Positions 45,229 to 55,092 of a stretch of 64,000 nt of DNA are shown one piece after another. The DNA lies in contig CAZNKP010000028.1 of the NCBI GenBank assembly GCA_964573805.1, forward strand, positions 17,791 to 81,790, given 5' to 3'. Positions within the stretch are counted from its first letter, which is position 1; every line of letters starts with the position of its first letter. The translations under genes were made by a program, and so were the position numbers. The notes below the pieces were generated by a model, which saw only the letters and a list, made by a program, of their open reading frames with translations, made no database searches and was not told where the DNA came from. The stretch comes from an uncultured Desulfobacterales bacterium (GTDB taxonomy: Bacteria > Desulfobacterota > Dissulfuribacteria > Dissulfuribacterales > QOAL01).

Positions 45229-45660
45229 TTAATGAAACTCGTAACGAACAGGATATTTGTTTGGATCAAGCACCACCTGCCTAGCAAGCCTCTTATCAAC
45301 ATTAACCACAACAGGGCCTAAGAGATTTGCAGACATCGTACGAGATTCCCCATCCTCCCCATGCCTAAAAGTCACTATTACTAGGGCCTCAGCCTGTTCC
45401 GGTCTCTCGATCTCTAGCTCCTCTACAGCATCCTCCGGAAGTTCAAAGGCGTAATCAGACACTATAATGGAAGGATTTATAACTACAAAGGCCAAATCTG
45501 GACTATCCAGACTTTGAAGCCAAAAAAATGGGGAATCCTCCCTGTGCGGAAGAAGTGCATAATGCAAATCGTTAGGGAAACCCAAAATCCCCCGAACAAA
45601 TTTCAAAACCTTATTCTCATCAATTTCTATAGTACCAAATCTGGTTGTCTCTATTTTCAT
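45229..45660 (-). CDS. fliW: Flagellar assembly factor FliW
   Basis: MKIETTRFGTIEIDENKVLKFVRGILGFP N-terminus. AGGTGG lies 5 nt upstream of ATG 45660; the track start at 45669 is GTG. Confidence 0.88.
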   Translation of the reverse strand: MKIETTRFGTIEIDENKVLKFVRGILGFPNDLHYALLPHREDSPFFWLQSLDSPDLAFVVINPSIIVSDYAFELPEDAVEELEIERPEQAEALVIVTFRHGEDGESRTMSANLLGPVVVNVDKRLARQVVLDPNKYPVRYEFH

Positions 45661-45699
45661 TGGTTCCACCTAATTATCCTGGTCTGGGTGGCTTATTTA

Positions 45700-45936
45700 T
45701 TATCTCTTTATGTTAATATCCATATCGTCAAATTGATCTTGAGCACTCAATACACTTTGGGCAGCAGAAAGATTTTCCTGAATAATTTTCTGGTAAACTT
45801 CTTCCCTATGTACAAGTAAGCCCTTGGGTGCCTTTATTCCTATTTTCACACTACCCCTTCTAATATCGAGAACCGTTATTTCGATATCGTCTCCAATTCT
45901 AATCTTTTGTCCGGCCTTTCTTGTAAAAATAAGCAA
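45700..45936 (-). CDS. csrA: Carbon storage regulator CsrA (flagellar type)
   Basis: MLIFTRKAGQKIRIGDDIEITVLDI...VHREEVYQKI. TTG start with GGAGGG 8 nt upstream. Confidence 0.9.
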   Translation of the reverse strand: MLIFTRKAGQKIRIGDDIEITVLDIRRGSVKIGIKAPKGLLVHREEVYQKIIQENLSAAQSVLSAQDQFDDMDINIKR

Positions 45937-45988
45937 AAGCTATGCCCTCCCTGGCCTCTTTTCGATTCTGGGGATGAATAGTTTCGAA

Positions 45989-46885
45989 CTAGATATAATC
46001 TGCAAGGGTTACCTTCATAACCTTTGAAGCAGCCCCTAATGCCGCTTGGTAGGCTGTTTCTGTAGCATTCAAGTTATTTATCGCTTCGATCAAATCTGTA
46101 TCTTCCACTCCTGACAATATCTCCGTATTTATGATTTTCTGAGAATCCATGACATCTTCCTTCACATCCAGAGAATTGGCCATAGCTCCTATTCTCGCAG
46201 TCTGATTGCTTATGTGAGTCATTGAATCGTCTAATTTTTTTATAGCATTTTCAATATTTGGCTGACTATCAGCCATAAGACTGTCATAAAGGTCTTTAAG
46301 GGCCTGAAAACTACCACTATCTATAAGGGTGCTCTGGCCATCCAGATTTATTTTTTGCTGTATTCCAGGAGCGACATCTAATTTGACATCCTCACGGTTC
46401 CCGTTATATGTGACATTACAACGTTTATCCATAACAAATGGCATCTGATTGCTTTCATAACCATCTGTTTTGGAACCAGCCAAAATATACCTGTTACCAA
46501 GCTTGGCATTACCAAGACTTACCACCTCTTCCAATATATTCTTGACTTCTTGGGCAATAGCCCTTCTGTTATCACCATTAACAGTGTCGTTGGCACCTTC
46601 TATTGCCAACTCCTTAGCCCTCTGAAGCCTGTCCTCAACTCCTGTCAAAACATTCTCTGTTGCCTTAACCCAGCCTTGTCCATAGGTAATATTTCTCTTA
46701 AACTGATCGATATCTGCCAGACTGTCCCTAAGACCAAGAGCATGGGTAAGCTTTACAGGAGCATCAGAAGGGGTTTGATAGATCTTGCCAGAAGAAATGG
46801 TGGCGTTTGTTCTATCTAGCCTCTCGGTAAGCCTTGCAAGGTCTGTTTTTATCCTATCGTACATAGTAGTCATAGTAACTCTCAT
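45989..46885 (-). CDS. flgL: Flagellar hook-associated protein 3 (FlgL)
   Basis: 298 aa with flagellin-like N- and C-terminal helices (MRVTMTTMYDRIKTDL ... ETAYQAALGAASKVMKVTLADYI). Follows flgK. Confidence 0.85.
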   Translation of the reverse strand: MRVTMTTMYDRIKTDLARLTERLDRTNATISSGKIYQTPSDAPVKLTHALGLRDSLADIDQFKRNITYGQGWVKATENVLTGVEDRLQRAKELAIEGANDTVNGDNRRAIAQEVKNILEEVVSLGNAKLGNRYILAGSKTDGYESNQMPFVMDKRCNVTYNGNREDVKLDVAPGIQQKINLDGQSTLIDSGSFQALKDLYDSLMADSQPNIENAIKKLDDSMTHISNQTARIGAMANSLDVKEDVMDSQKIINTEILSGVEDTDLIEAINNLNATETAYQAALGAASKVMKVTLADYI

Positions 46886-46904
46886 ATGACACCCCTACAA
46901 ATTC

Positions 46905-49688
46905 CTATTTTGACTGGAGAAGGGATACAAAAAGCTCGTCCGCCACCTTTATAAGTTTTGCTGCAGCAGTATAAGCATGCTGGAACTTCAACAAATCAGA
47001 TAATTCTTCATCGATAGATACACCTGATACATCCTCACGCCTGGCCTTGAGATCATTTACTGCCCCTCTCATAAAGTCGTGATCCAGCCTGACCGTTCTG
47101 GTATCTATGCCCACTGTTCCAACCAAACTATGATAGGCATCATTAATTGATGCATCGTCAAGATCGGCTACGGGCTTAAAACTAAGACTTTTCATTTCAA
47201 GAGCGTTTTCATTGTTGGCAGGAAAAAGCCTGCCTCCATCAGGTGTGGATAACCCCAAGTAAGCAGCAAGCCCTGATGTATCGTCAACGATTGCAAAACG
47301 ATTGGCTGTACCTGCAGCGGAAATACAAAGTCTGCCCTTTTCAATAAAGGCCCTCAAGTCATTATTCCCATCTATTTGATCCCTTATATCCTCTAGCGTA
47401 TCATTATCTGCATCAACATTTATGGAAACCGTAGAGGTTGAACCATCGCTTAAAAACAGTTGTAAGGTCATAACGCCATCTACGACACCAGTATCATAAG
47501 AAGTTATAGGGTCAAAGCTCCTGTCAACTTGCAACGTCCCATCAATCTGTCCAGAAGGCCCGTTAAGAACAAGCCCTGTATAGGCAAAAAAATTGGTGGG
47601 CTGGGTACTGCTGTCTGAAATATTGGTTATTTCATAACCTGTAGCCGTCTTTATATGAACTAGTCCATCTTCCATCCATGCCCGTTCTACTTCATCAAGG
47701 TCTTGGATTTTTGCAAGAATATCATCCAAGGAATCTATTTGTGGTGCAGTCTTAAAAACGTTTATCGTTCTGGTAATAAGACCTCCTGGCCCATCGAATT
47801 GGATAGAAAAATTTCCTTCACTGATACCAAGTCCTATCACCCTCTTAGATTCTGTAACCGGTTTAGAAGTAACCGACAGGGTACCTGGCTCTTCAACCTT
47901 TGCTGCGGCAACAAGACGGGAATCGTTTATCAAATCGCTATTTACAGAGATATCGTTGGCTCCTACCCCAGTAAAAAAACTGTTTATACCAAGGGCCATT
48001 AAAACGTTAGAGCTATCCTGACCAAAGGCAAATCCAGACACTCCCATATTCTCATCAACACCTATAATAAGCGTTCCATTAAGTATTCTGGCGTTTAATC
48101 CGTTAATATTATCTATCTGTGATGCAAGATCGTTTAATGTAGTGTTAGCATCTATAGTGAGGATTACAGGCTCGTTGATCTTGGATGTGCTGGTATTTTG
48201 ATCAATAACCTGACCATTAGTATCATAAAGCCACAACTCTACTTCGCCATCTGTAACGTCTTCAGAAAATTCCAGGCCAGATGCCTTTGACTGTAAAGGC
48301 TCTCCCGGGTTCAACACCATATTTGTGGCAGTGGTTTCCCTAAGAGGCATAAGGCCTACCCCCTGGGCATGTTGCCTGTTAACCTCTTTTATAAGCTGTT
48401 TTGCAATCTGGTTGAGTTTTTCGGTATAACTAAGAGGATAATTGTTATCAAATCTCCCGAGCTCCAAACCGGTTATATTACCTGAAATGCTGTCTATCTG
48501 AAATGAGATAGGATACGTCCCTGGATCTGTATCCTCTAACCTAATCCTTCCATCTGCTGTAGTTGAAACCCGAACCGTATTACCAAAACTATTTTCAATA
48601 AAGGTGGCAAAATCACGAATCGTACCTGTAACTCCATCTCCATCTACATCATTGTTGCTGTTGTATGTACCACTTATTCCAGCACCTGTCTGATCCGTAC
48701 CTGAAAAGGCAATAGAAAACTGGCCAGTTACGTTTACTCCGTCTATCTCACTAAAGAGGGTATCTAAATGAATCGCCTCATTTCCAGAAGTGTTTACCAC
48801 CGAATTGGTGAGTTCGGTAACATCTCTTGGTTTGAGTTTTGTCTTGATATCAAGCCAACCTCCCAATTCGCCACTAGCAATGTCGGCTGTTGTTAATTCA
48901 AACTGCTGACCATTTGATCCAAACCACAACACCTTATTGTCCTGGACATTAAGTTGCCATGACTTGTCATCTTCAACTAAGGGACTCCCCTGACCAATCA
49001 TGATGGTATAAGAACCCCTTTCGGTTTCAAAATACCTAACATTAGCCAGCTCAGATAGGCGCCTTAGCAACTCGTCCCGCTGGTCTCTAAGATCATTGGC
49101 CGAATGATGACCAGCCTCGGCAGAAACAATTTGCACATTAAGTTCAGCAATCTGTCTGGAAATGTTATTGATATCATCAACACTAGCCTGAATATTTAGA
49201 TCTATATCCTTGGAAAGGGCCATTAGATTTTGATATTTGTCTTTTATTGCTTGGGAAAGCATGGTGGCCCTCTGCAAGAGGGTTGTCCTTTCAGGAGTTC
49301 CTTCCGCATTGTTTGCCAAATCGTCCCAGCCCTGCCAAAAGTCTTCTAAGAGACCGTTAAGCCCGTTGTCCTCAACCTCGTTAAATAAGGATTCCACAGT
49401 CTTTAATCCTGAAAGCTTGGTCTCAAGCCCACTAAGCTCAGAGGTTTTAGCAAACAAGGTCGATGTAATAAATCTGTCATAAGAACGCGTTACTTCTGTG
49501 GCATCCACTCCGTTTCCAAGTGGACCAATAAAGGTAGGAGTAGGATCTTTGGCTGCAAGGGTGACGTTCTGCTTAGAATAACCTGGTGTATTCACATTGG
49601 AAATATTATGACCAACTGTCTGTAAACTGGTCTGTTGGGCCAAAAGCCCTACCTTTGCAATATTGAGGAGATTAGTCAATCCGCTCAT
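46905..49688 (-). CDS. flgK: Flagellar hook-associated protein 1 (FlgK), long form
   Basis: N-terminal LQTVGHNISNVNTPGYSKQ and C-terminal EELSDLLKFQHAYTAAAKLI. 927 aa with a large central insertion. Confidence 0.9.
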   Translation of the reverse strand: MSGLTNLLNIAKVGLLAQQTSLQTVGHNISNVNTPGYSKQNVTLAAKDPTPTFIGPLGNGVDATEVTRSYDRFITSTLFAKTSELSGLETKLSGLKTVESLFNEVEDNGLNGLLEDFWQGWDDLANNAEGTPERTTLLQRATMLSQAIKDKYQNLMALSKDIDLNIQASVDDINNISRQIAELNVQIVSAEAGHHSANDLRDQRDELLRRLSELANVRYFETERGSYTIMIGQGSPLVEDDKSWQLNVQDNKVLWFGSNGQQFELTTADIASGELGGWLDIKTKLKPRDVTELTNSVVNTSGNEAIHLDTLFSEIDGVNVTGQFSIAFSGTDQTGAGISGTYNSNNDVDGDGVTGTIRDFATFIENSFGNTVRVSTTADGRIRLEDTDPGTYPISFQIDSISGNITGLELGRFDNNYPLSYTEKLNQIAKQLIKEVNRQHAQGVGLMPLRETTATNMVLNPGEPLQSKASGLEFSEDVTDGEVELWLYDTNGQVIDQNTSTSKINEPVILTIDANTTLNDLASQIDNINGLNARILNGTLIIGVDENMGVSGFAFGQDSSNVLMALGINSFFTGVGANDISVNSDLINDSRLVAAAKVEEPGTLSVTSKPVTESKRVIGLGISEGNFSIQFDGPGGLITRTINVFKTAPQIDSLDDILAKIQDLDEVERAWMEDGLVHIKTATGYEITNISDSSTQPTNFFAYTGLVLNGPSGQIDGTLQVDRSFDPITSYDTGVVDGVMTLQLFLSDGSTSTVSINVDADNDTLEDIRDQIDGNNDLRAFIEKGRLCISAAGTANRFAIVDDTSGLAAYLGLSTPDGGRLFPANNENALEMKSLSFKPVADLDDASINDAYHSLVGTVGIDTRTVRLDHDFMRGAVNDLKARREDVSGVSIDEELSDLLKFQHAYTAAAKLIKVADELFVSLLQSK

Positions 49689-49697
49689 GTCTACTCC

Positions 49698-50345
49698 TTA
49701 AAGTCTGCTGCCGGCCTGACTGACATAAATGGCCATACCCTTTTTCTTAGAAGACTCAGATCTAATCTTGCTAAATCCAGCAGAATCAAAATCACGGCCT
49801 GACATGGCACGCCTTTTTATTCGATTTGCCGGTCCATATGTAGCAGATTTTTTTGCTCTAGCCCCTGAAAGGATGCTGGAAAGCTCCTTACAAAATCCAA
49901 GCCTATCGTGAATCCAATAGGCTATCCGGCTATTGGTGACGTATACAAGCTGTCTGTAATACTCTCTCCTCCTAAGATGCAAAATGAAACGGCGGGCCAC
50001 TACACCCTGCATACCCTTTTGAACCAAATTAGAGGGACTCAAACAAGAAACAGAAGATTTTTTGGGAATCAAGCAGGCAATTAAACCTCCAAGAACTGTC
50101 TCTTCCCGCGCAATCCTTGAGACAAGGTCTTTCTTTATCCTCGATATTCGGATCAAGTTATGCATATCATTTCTCAACAGAACGCTCCATTCGGCTTGCA
50201 CCACCATATCCATGCGTTCCCAAAGATCGGCAACCTTTATCACTTGGGCCAGTATTTCATTGTGAACTGTGCCACTGTAACCCTGCACATCCAAGGAAGC
50301 TCTTCCCTTTTTGACTTGATCCGGACTATCCATTCCCAGCCTCAC
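49698..50345 (-). CDS. FlgN-position protein (possible FlgK/FlgL chaperone) with basic C-terminal half
   Basis: Located between the rod-binding protein and flgK. The N-terminal half is helical (ILAQVIKVADLWERMDMVVQAEWSVLLRNDMHNLIRISRIKKDLVSRI). GTG 50345 overlaps the upstream stop. The assignment rests on position only. Confidence 0.35.
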   Translation of the reverse strand: MRLGMDSPDQVKKGRASLDVQGYSGTVHNEILAQVIKVADLWERMDMVVQAEWSVLLRNDMHNLIRISRIKKDLVSRIAREETVLGGLIACLIPKKSSVSCLSPSNLVQKGMQGVVARRFILHLRRREYYRQLVYVTNSRIAYWIHDRLGFCKELSSILSGARAKKSATYGPANRIKRRAMSGRDFDSAGFSKIRSESSKKKGMAIYVSQAGSRL

Positions 50346-50656
50346 TTTGCGTTTTGTCTCGACAGGTACTCAAAAAGCATATCTGCTATACCGATACCTT
50401 TTCCCTTTTCAGAAGCCACCTGGGCTACTTGCTGGTCAAACAGGCTAGTATATATGTCCTCTTGTAAGGATCGGGGAAACAACCCAGAATTCGGTATAGA
50501 CTTTCTCATCTCCTTTAACATCATGTTGATAAAAAGAGACTCCATGCCCTGACAAGCCTCCTTTAAGCGTTTAGGATCTTCTGCTTTGAAAGCGTGCAAA
50601 CGGCTATTGTCTACCGACTCTAAAAACGAGACTGAAGGGTTACCTATTGTTTTCAT
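50342..50656 (-). CDS. Flagellar rod-binding protein (FlgJ N-terminal domain only)
   Basis: ACQGMESLFINMMLKEMRKS is the Rod-binding motif. No muramidase domain. ATG 50656 is preceded by AGGTGA; GTG 50665 is an alternative start. Confidence 0.75.
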   Translation of the reverse strand: MKTIGNPSVSFLESVDNSRLHAFKAEDPKRLKEACQGMESLFINMMLKEMRKSIPNSGLFPRSLQEDIYTSLFDQQVAQVASEKGKGIGIADMLFEYLSRQNAK

Positions 50657-50665
50657 AAATCTCAC

Positions 50666-51811
50666 CTAAATTACCTGTAGGTCTGCTTGCAACGCACCCG
50701 ACGCCTTAATAGAATGCATTATTGCAATAAGGTCTCTTGGTGTTACCCCAACTGCATTCAATGCAGAAACTAACTCGCCTATAGTTGAACCCTGCTTGAG
50801 CACTATGAGCTTGCCTCCCCCTTCATTCACTTTTAATTCTGTACCAGGAGCCACAACAGTTTGCCCCCTGCGAGCAAAAGGAGCTGGCTGTGAAACCTGT
50901 GGAGACTCTTTAATCTGAATACTGAGATTGCCATGGGCAATAGCCACTGTGGATATTCGGACATCTCTGCCCATTACAACAGTACCTGTCCTTTCATCTA
51001 GCACCACCTTTGCCTTGTTATCTGGACTTATCTCCACGTTTTCTATAGTAGCCATGAGAGAAATAGGAGAGTCTGCAAATTCCGGTGGCACCCTTACGGA
51101 GATGGTTTCGGCATCTATTGCCCTTGCAAATGGGGCACCTAGAACATCGTTTATGGCATCAACTGCCCTGCCAACAGTTGTGAAATCTGGTCTGAAAAGA
51201 TTTATCTTTAGCTCTTTTTTAGAAAGAAGATCTACAGGTATCTCTCTCTCAACAGTAGCGCCATTTGGTATCCTGCCTGCGGTAGGATGATTTTTCTGAA
51301 CACTCGCCCCTGCTCCTCCTGCCGAATAACCACCAACACTGATTGGCCCCTGGGCAAGAGCATAGACCTTCCCATCGATACCTTTAAGAGGAGTAAGGAT
51401 TAATGTTCCCCCAAGTAAGCTTTTGGCATCTCCCAAAGAAGAAACCACAACATCTATTTTTTGTCCTATCTTGGCAAGCGGGGGCATCTTTGCAGTTACG
51501 AGGACCGCTGCCACATTCTTTACCTTCACCTGATTGGGATCAATGCTGATAATACCCATTCTTTCCATTATGTTCCGGATGGACTTGATTGTGAATTTCA
51601 CCTGGGTTCCATCCCCTGTGCCTGCCAACCCTACTACCAACCCATATCCCACAAGTTGATTCTCCCTGAGCCCTTGCACCGAGGCAATATCCTTTAACCT
51701 CGCTCCAAAACCGTTGGCAGCCTGTAACAGACAAACAAGCATATAAAGAAATGGGACTATTTTTCCTATCTGTAGCCAAGCTTTCATTTTCTCTTTTTTT
51801 ACATTTTCCAT
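50666..51811 (-). CDS. flgI: Flagellar P-ring protein FlgI
   Basis: Signal peptide followed by RLKDIASVQGLRENQLVGYGLVVGLAGTGD. ATG 51787 is an alternative start. Confidence 0.92.
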   Translation of the reverse strand: MENVKKEKMKAWLQIGKIVPFLYMLVCLLQAANGFGARLKDIASVQGLRENQLVGYGLVVGLAGTGDGTQVKFTIKSIRNIMERMGIISIDPNQVKVKNVAAVLVTAKMPPLAKIGQKIDVVVSSLGDAKSLLGGTLILTPLKGIDGKVYALAQGPISVGGYSAGGAGASVQKNHPTAGRIPNGATVEREIPVDLLSKKELKINLFRPDFTTVGRAVDAINDVLGAPFARAIDAETISVRVPPEFADSPISLMATIENVEISPDNKAKVVLDERTGTVVMGRDVRISTVAIAHGNLSIQIKESPQVSQPAPFARRGQTVVAPGTELKVNEGGGKLIVLKQGSTIGELVSALNAVGVTPRDLIAIMHSIKASGALQADLQVI

Positions 51812-51901
51812 TATTAAATCAAATAGTTACAAAACATCCATCCACCCCAAAAAATAAATACAGTCTTTTTATATGTCTTAAACTGCAATAAGTAGGCCCT
51901 T

Positions 51902-52612
51902 TTAGAAAGGAGCTATTATGCCAAGAAGCCTTCCAAGCCAGCCGGGATGTTGCATCTCGCTCAAATAGCCTCCACCTGTATAGGTTATGCGCGCATCTGC
52001 GATTTTTGTGGATGAAACTTCGTTATTATGATCTATATCTGCCGGTCTAACTATCCCCGTAAGGATCATGTACTGGGTCTCATTATTTATAGTTATCTCC
52101 CGACTCCCTCTTACAAATAGATTCCCACCCGGCAATTTTTTCACTACTCGGACAGATATAGTCCCGGTAAGCTTGGTATCTCCAGAGGTCTGTCCCTGGC
52201 TATCAAATTTATTTTGGCCAAGTCCGCCTATAGCCTTTGCCGCATCAACTTTTTGGCCAGGATAGTGAGGACTTACTTGCTTATTGAACTCCAGACCTAG
52301 AATACCTGTCAGACCAACATTCACAGAGGTCTTTTTGTCTGTTTTGGTCTTGACATCCTTTGAACCCCTCAAATTTTCTTCTATCTTAACCGTCAAGATG
52401 TCCCCTACCTTCCTGGCCCTGAAATCGGCGACAAGACTGCTTTCAGTATCAGGATCAAATAAAGAGCCCTCCTTTGGTTGGGAAGGAACTATAGGTAAAG
52501 GTGCATAGGAGGTATCATAATCTTTGTGTATGGTAGGGGGCTGATTAATGGCACATCCTCCAAGAAGGATCAAGAGTATCATTGTAATTGGAAAACGGCT
52601 TAAACCATTCAC
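51902..52612 (-). CDS. flgH: Flagellar L-ring lipoprotein FlgH
   Basis: Lipobox LLGGC, then DFRARKVGDILTV and the C-terminal GWLGRLL motif. Confidence 0.92.
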   Translation of the reverse strand: MNGLSRFPITMILLILLGGCAINQPPTIHKDYDTSYAPLPIVPSQPKEGSLFDPDTESSLVADFRARKVGDILTVKIEENLRGSKDVKTKTDKKTSVNVGLTGILGLEFNKQVSPHYPGQKVDAAKAIGGLGQNKFDSQGQTSGDTKLTGTISVRVVKKLPGGNLFVRGSREITINNETQYMILTGIVRPADIDHNNEVSSTKIADARITYTGGGYLSEMQHPGWLGRLLGIIAPF

Positions 52613-52624
52613 AATATCTCCTCC

Positions 52625-53374
52625 TTAAAATCTTACCAAAACCGTATTTTCATCCTTGACTCTTGCAATTATTACCTTTTTAGAATCAAGGTTTCTAACC
52701 CGCACAAAATCACCTTCAGCCCCTTTTTGTTCCACAATCCCAGGGACGGTGATACGAAGACAAGGCGAAGAGGCAACAATAAGAACTCTGCTACCCCTCT
52801 TAACTATGATGGGTTTTGCCACATCTGTTGCAAAGATCACTTTGCCGGGACGAATGGTCCTCTTGGCAGCAAGGCCAACAATTTGCTCAGGAGATGAGAA
52901 AAACCTGCCTCTAAGCTTGCTCAAAGGAAAGCGAGCGAAACCAAGATCTCCACGCCCTATAACCTGACCCTTTGCAAGCCCGTTTTTGGCACAGAGAACC
53001 CTTTTAAATATCTCCAAATAGGCACAGACCCTGGCCTTCCTGACCCTTTTTCCATCAACCATGATGGATACCATTTGTGATATTCTTCCAAAACGCCCTT
53101 TAAGCCCTTGCTTTTCAAATTCAAAGGTTATCTCTCCCATGGGCACCCAAATTCTTTTTGGAAGCACTCTGAGAGACGAAATTTCCACATCGCCCTCGTC
53201 CCATTCCATGGATGCCTTAAGGTGAGAGACAAACAGCTCCTTTAACTTCTCTGTATCCACAAGCTGTGCACCCGCTGACCTAGCCATAGAAACGGCAGGA
53301 CCAAGACTTAGCGTCAATAATATTATTGACGCGATCAGACACCTTTTATAAACAGATCCCTGTACCTTTCTCAT
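52625..53374 (-). CDS. flgA: Flagellar basal-body P-ring formation chaperone FlgA
   Basis: 249 aa with a signal peptide and a C-terminal SAF-like domain (GDFVRVRNLDSKKVIIARV). Sits between flgG and flgH. Confidence 0.8.
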   Translation of the reverse strand: MRKVQGSVYKRCLIASIILLTLSLGPAVSMARSAGAQLVDTEKLKELFVSHLKASMEWDEGDVEISSLRVLPKRIWVPMGEITFEFEKQGLKGRFGRISQMVSIMVDGKRVRKARVCAYLEIFKRVLCAKNGLAKGQVIGRGDLGFARFPLSKLRGRFFSSPEQIVGLAAKRTIRPGKVIFATDVAKPIIVKRGSRVLIVASSPCLRITVPGIVEQKGAEGDFVRVRNLDSKKVIIARVKDENTVLVRF

Positions 53375-53398
53375 AAAGTCACCTCCGCTCTACCCTTG

Positions 53399-54178
53399 CT
53401 AGCGTTTCAGGTTATTGGCAATCCCCATCATTTCGTCTGCTGTCTGGACCGCCTTTGAATTAAGCTCATAGGCTCTCTGGGTCACAATCATGTCTACCAT
53501 TTCTAGAACTACATCTACATTTGACTGCTCAAGGAAGCCTTGGGCGATTGTTCCAAAACTGTCTGTACCAGGATTACCCTCAATGGGATCGCCTGAAGCC
53601 TCGCTCTGCCTATAAAGGTTTCTGCCAATGCTTATAAGGCCTGAAGGATTTGGAAAATCGGTAATGGTGAGTTGTGCTTGCGCCAAGGGATTACCAGCCT
53701 GATCAGATGCAGTAATTACTCCATAGGCATCAACATTTATAGTTACAGCACCCTGGGGCACAGCAAATTCTGGTTGAAGTCTGTAACCCTCTGCAGTAAC
53801 TATGTAACCGTCTCTATCAAGCTTAAAGGCCCCAGCTCTGGTGTATACTTCTTCACCATTTGCCAATACCTTAAAAAATCCTCGGCCTTCAATGGCCCAA
53901 TCCAAATTATTGCCAGTATTCTCATAATCTCCCTGTGTAAAAATCTTTTGTATGGCTGCTGGCCTTGATCCAAGCCCCACTTGCATACCTGTTGGCATTT
54001 GGGTTCCATCTCCATTTTCAGTACCAGGCATCTTCAGGGTCTGATAAATAAGATCTTCAAAATCAGCCCTGCTCCTCTTAAAAGCAGTGGTCTTGCTATT
54101 GGCCAAATTGTTTGAAATCACATCAAGATTGAGTTGCATACTGTTCATTCCAGATGCGCCAGTCCATAAGGCTCTCAT
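53399..54178 (-). CDS. flgG: Flagellar distal rod protein FlgG
   Basis: MRALWTGASGMNSMQLNLDVISNNLANSKTTAFKR and C-terminal VTQRAYELNSKAVQTADEM. Confidence 0.93.
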   Translation of the reverse strand: MRALWTGASGMNSMQLNLDVISNNLANSKTTAFKRSRADFEDLIYQTLKMPGTENGDGTQMPTGMQVGLGSRPAAIQKIFTQGDYENTGNNLDWAIEGRGFFKVLANGEEVYTRAGAFKLDRDGYIVTAEGYRLQPEFAVPQGAVTINVDAYGVITASDQAGNPLAQAQLTITDFPNPSGLISIGRNLYRQSEASGDPIEGNPGTDSFGTIAQGFLEQSNVDVVLEMVDMIVTQRAYELNSKAVQTADEMMGIANNLKR

Positions 54179-54192
54179 ATCTTCCCCCTTAG

Positions 54193-54945
54193 TTAACCTA
54201 CTCGTCCTAAGTTGTTAGCAGACTTATCATCAAGTTGATCAATGGCCTGAAGACTCTTTTGCTGGGCCTCGTATCCCCTGTGAAGATCTATAAGATGCAC
54301 CATCTCTATGAGTGCATTGACATTAGAATTTTCTATATATCCTTGTTTGACTAAAGAATCTGACGGCCTCGGCTCTCCTGCCTCCTTTGTAGCTGAGAAA
54401 TAGTTTCCCCCCATCCTTTTTAGCTTTTGAGGATCGGCAAAATTCACAACGTCTATCCTTGAACTTATTGTTTCATCAACGAAAAAGTTTCCATCCTCGC
54501 TGAGCCATACACCACTTCCTGTAGTATCTTCCAAAGTAATTGGGGCCCCATCACCAAGCACCGGATAACCCTCCTTTGTAACCAATTGATATTTGGCATT
54601 GAGGGTGAAATTACCTGCCCTTGTATAAAGGAGGCCATTTGGACCCTGAACTATAAAAAAACCAGGACCGTCAATGGCCATATCATAGGGATTGTCAGAC
54701 TTTTGTAGAGCACCAGCGGAAAAATCTGCCCAGCCCTGCTCACCTTTTGCCGTCCTTTTGGTACCGTCCTGTTCGGTAAGCAGATATTCGTGAAAGGTTA
54801 TTCCCTGGGCCTTAAAACCAGTCGTATTGGTATTTGCAAGGTTGTTTGAGGCCACTTCTAACTTGCGCTCGAGCATTATAGCGCCTTCCAGAGCCTCCAT
54901 GGCTCCAAGCCGTGAATACGGATGTAATCTTGTGCTAATATCCAT
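54193..54945 (-). CDS. flgF: Flagellar proximal rod protein FlgF
   Basis: LEVASNNLANTNTTGFK and C-terminal HRGYEAQQKSLQAIDQL. GGAGG SD upstream. Confidence 0.88.
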   Translation of the reverse strand: MDISTRLHPYSRLGAMEALEGAIMLERKLEVASNNLANTNTTGFKAQGITFHEYLLTEQDGTKRTAKGEQGWADFSAGALQKSDNPYDMAIDGPGFFIVQGPNGLLYTRAGNFTLNAKYQLVTKEGYPVLGDGAPITLEDTTGSGVWLSEDGNFFVDETISSRIDVVNFADPQKLKRMGGNYFSATKEAGEPRPSDSLVKQGYIENSNVNALIEMVHLIDLHRGYEAQQKSLQAIDQLDDKSANNLGRVG

Positions 54946-54971
54946 AGGTAACGCCTCCTGACCAAAAAGAC

Positions 54972-54987
54972 TGCAAAGGGCGTGCCT
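54972..54987 (-). promoter_or_regulatory. Sigma54 (-24/-12) promoter of the flgF operon
   Basis: Minus strand reads AGGCACG CCCT TTGCA against the consensus TGGCACG-N4-TTGCW. Lies 27-42 nt upstream of ATG 54945. Confidence 0.55.
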
Positions 54988-55092
54988 ACTAAACAGAGGG
55001 AGTTTAGTAGTTTATGATTATAAAAATGATTTTACCTGCAGATTACTTTTAAATGGGCAGACATTAGCAATCTTGCATCTGTATTTTGGGAA

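Noticed and set aside
55054-55069. A plus-strand sigma54-like element, TGGGCAGACATTAGCA (GG-N10-GC).
   Set aside because: It points away from any plus-strand gene for several kb, and it matches the consensus worse than the minus-strand flgF promoter 80 nt away.
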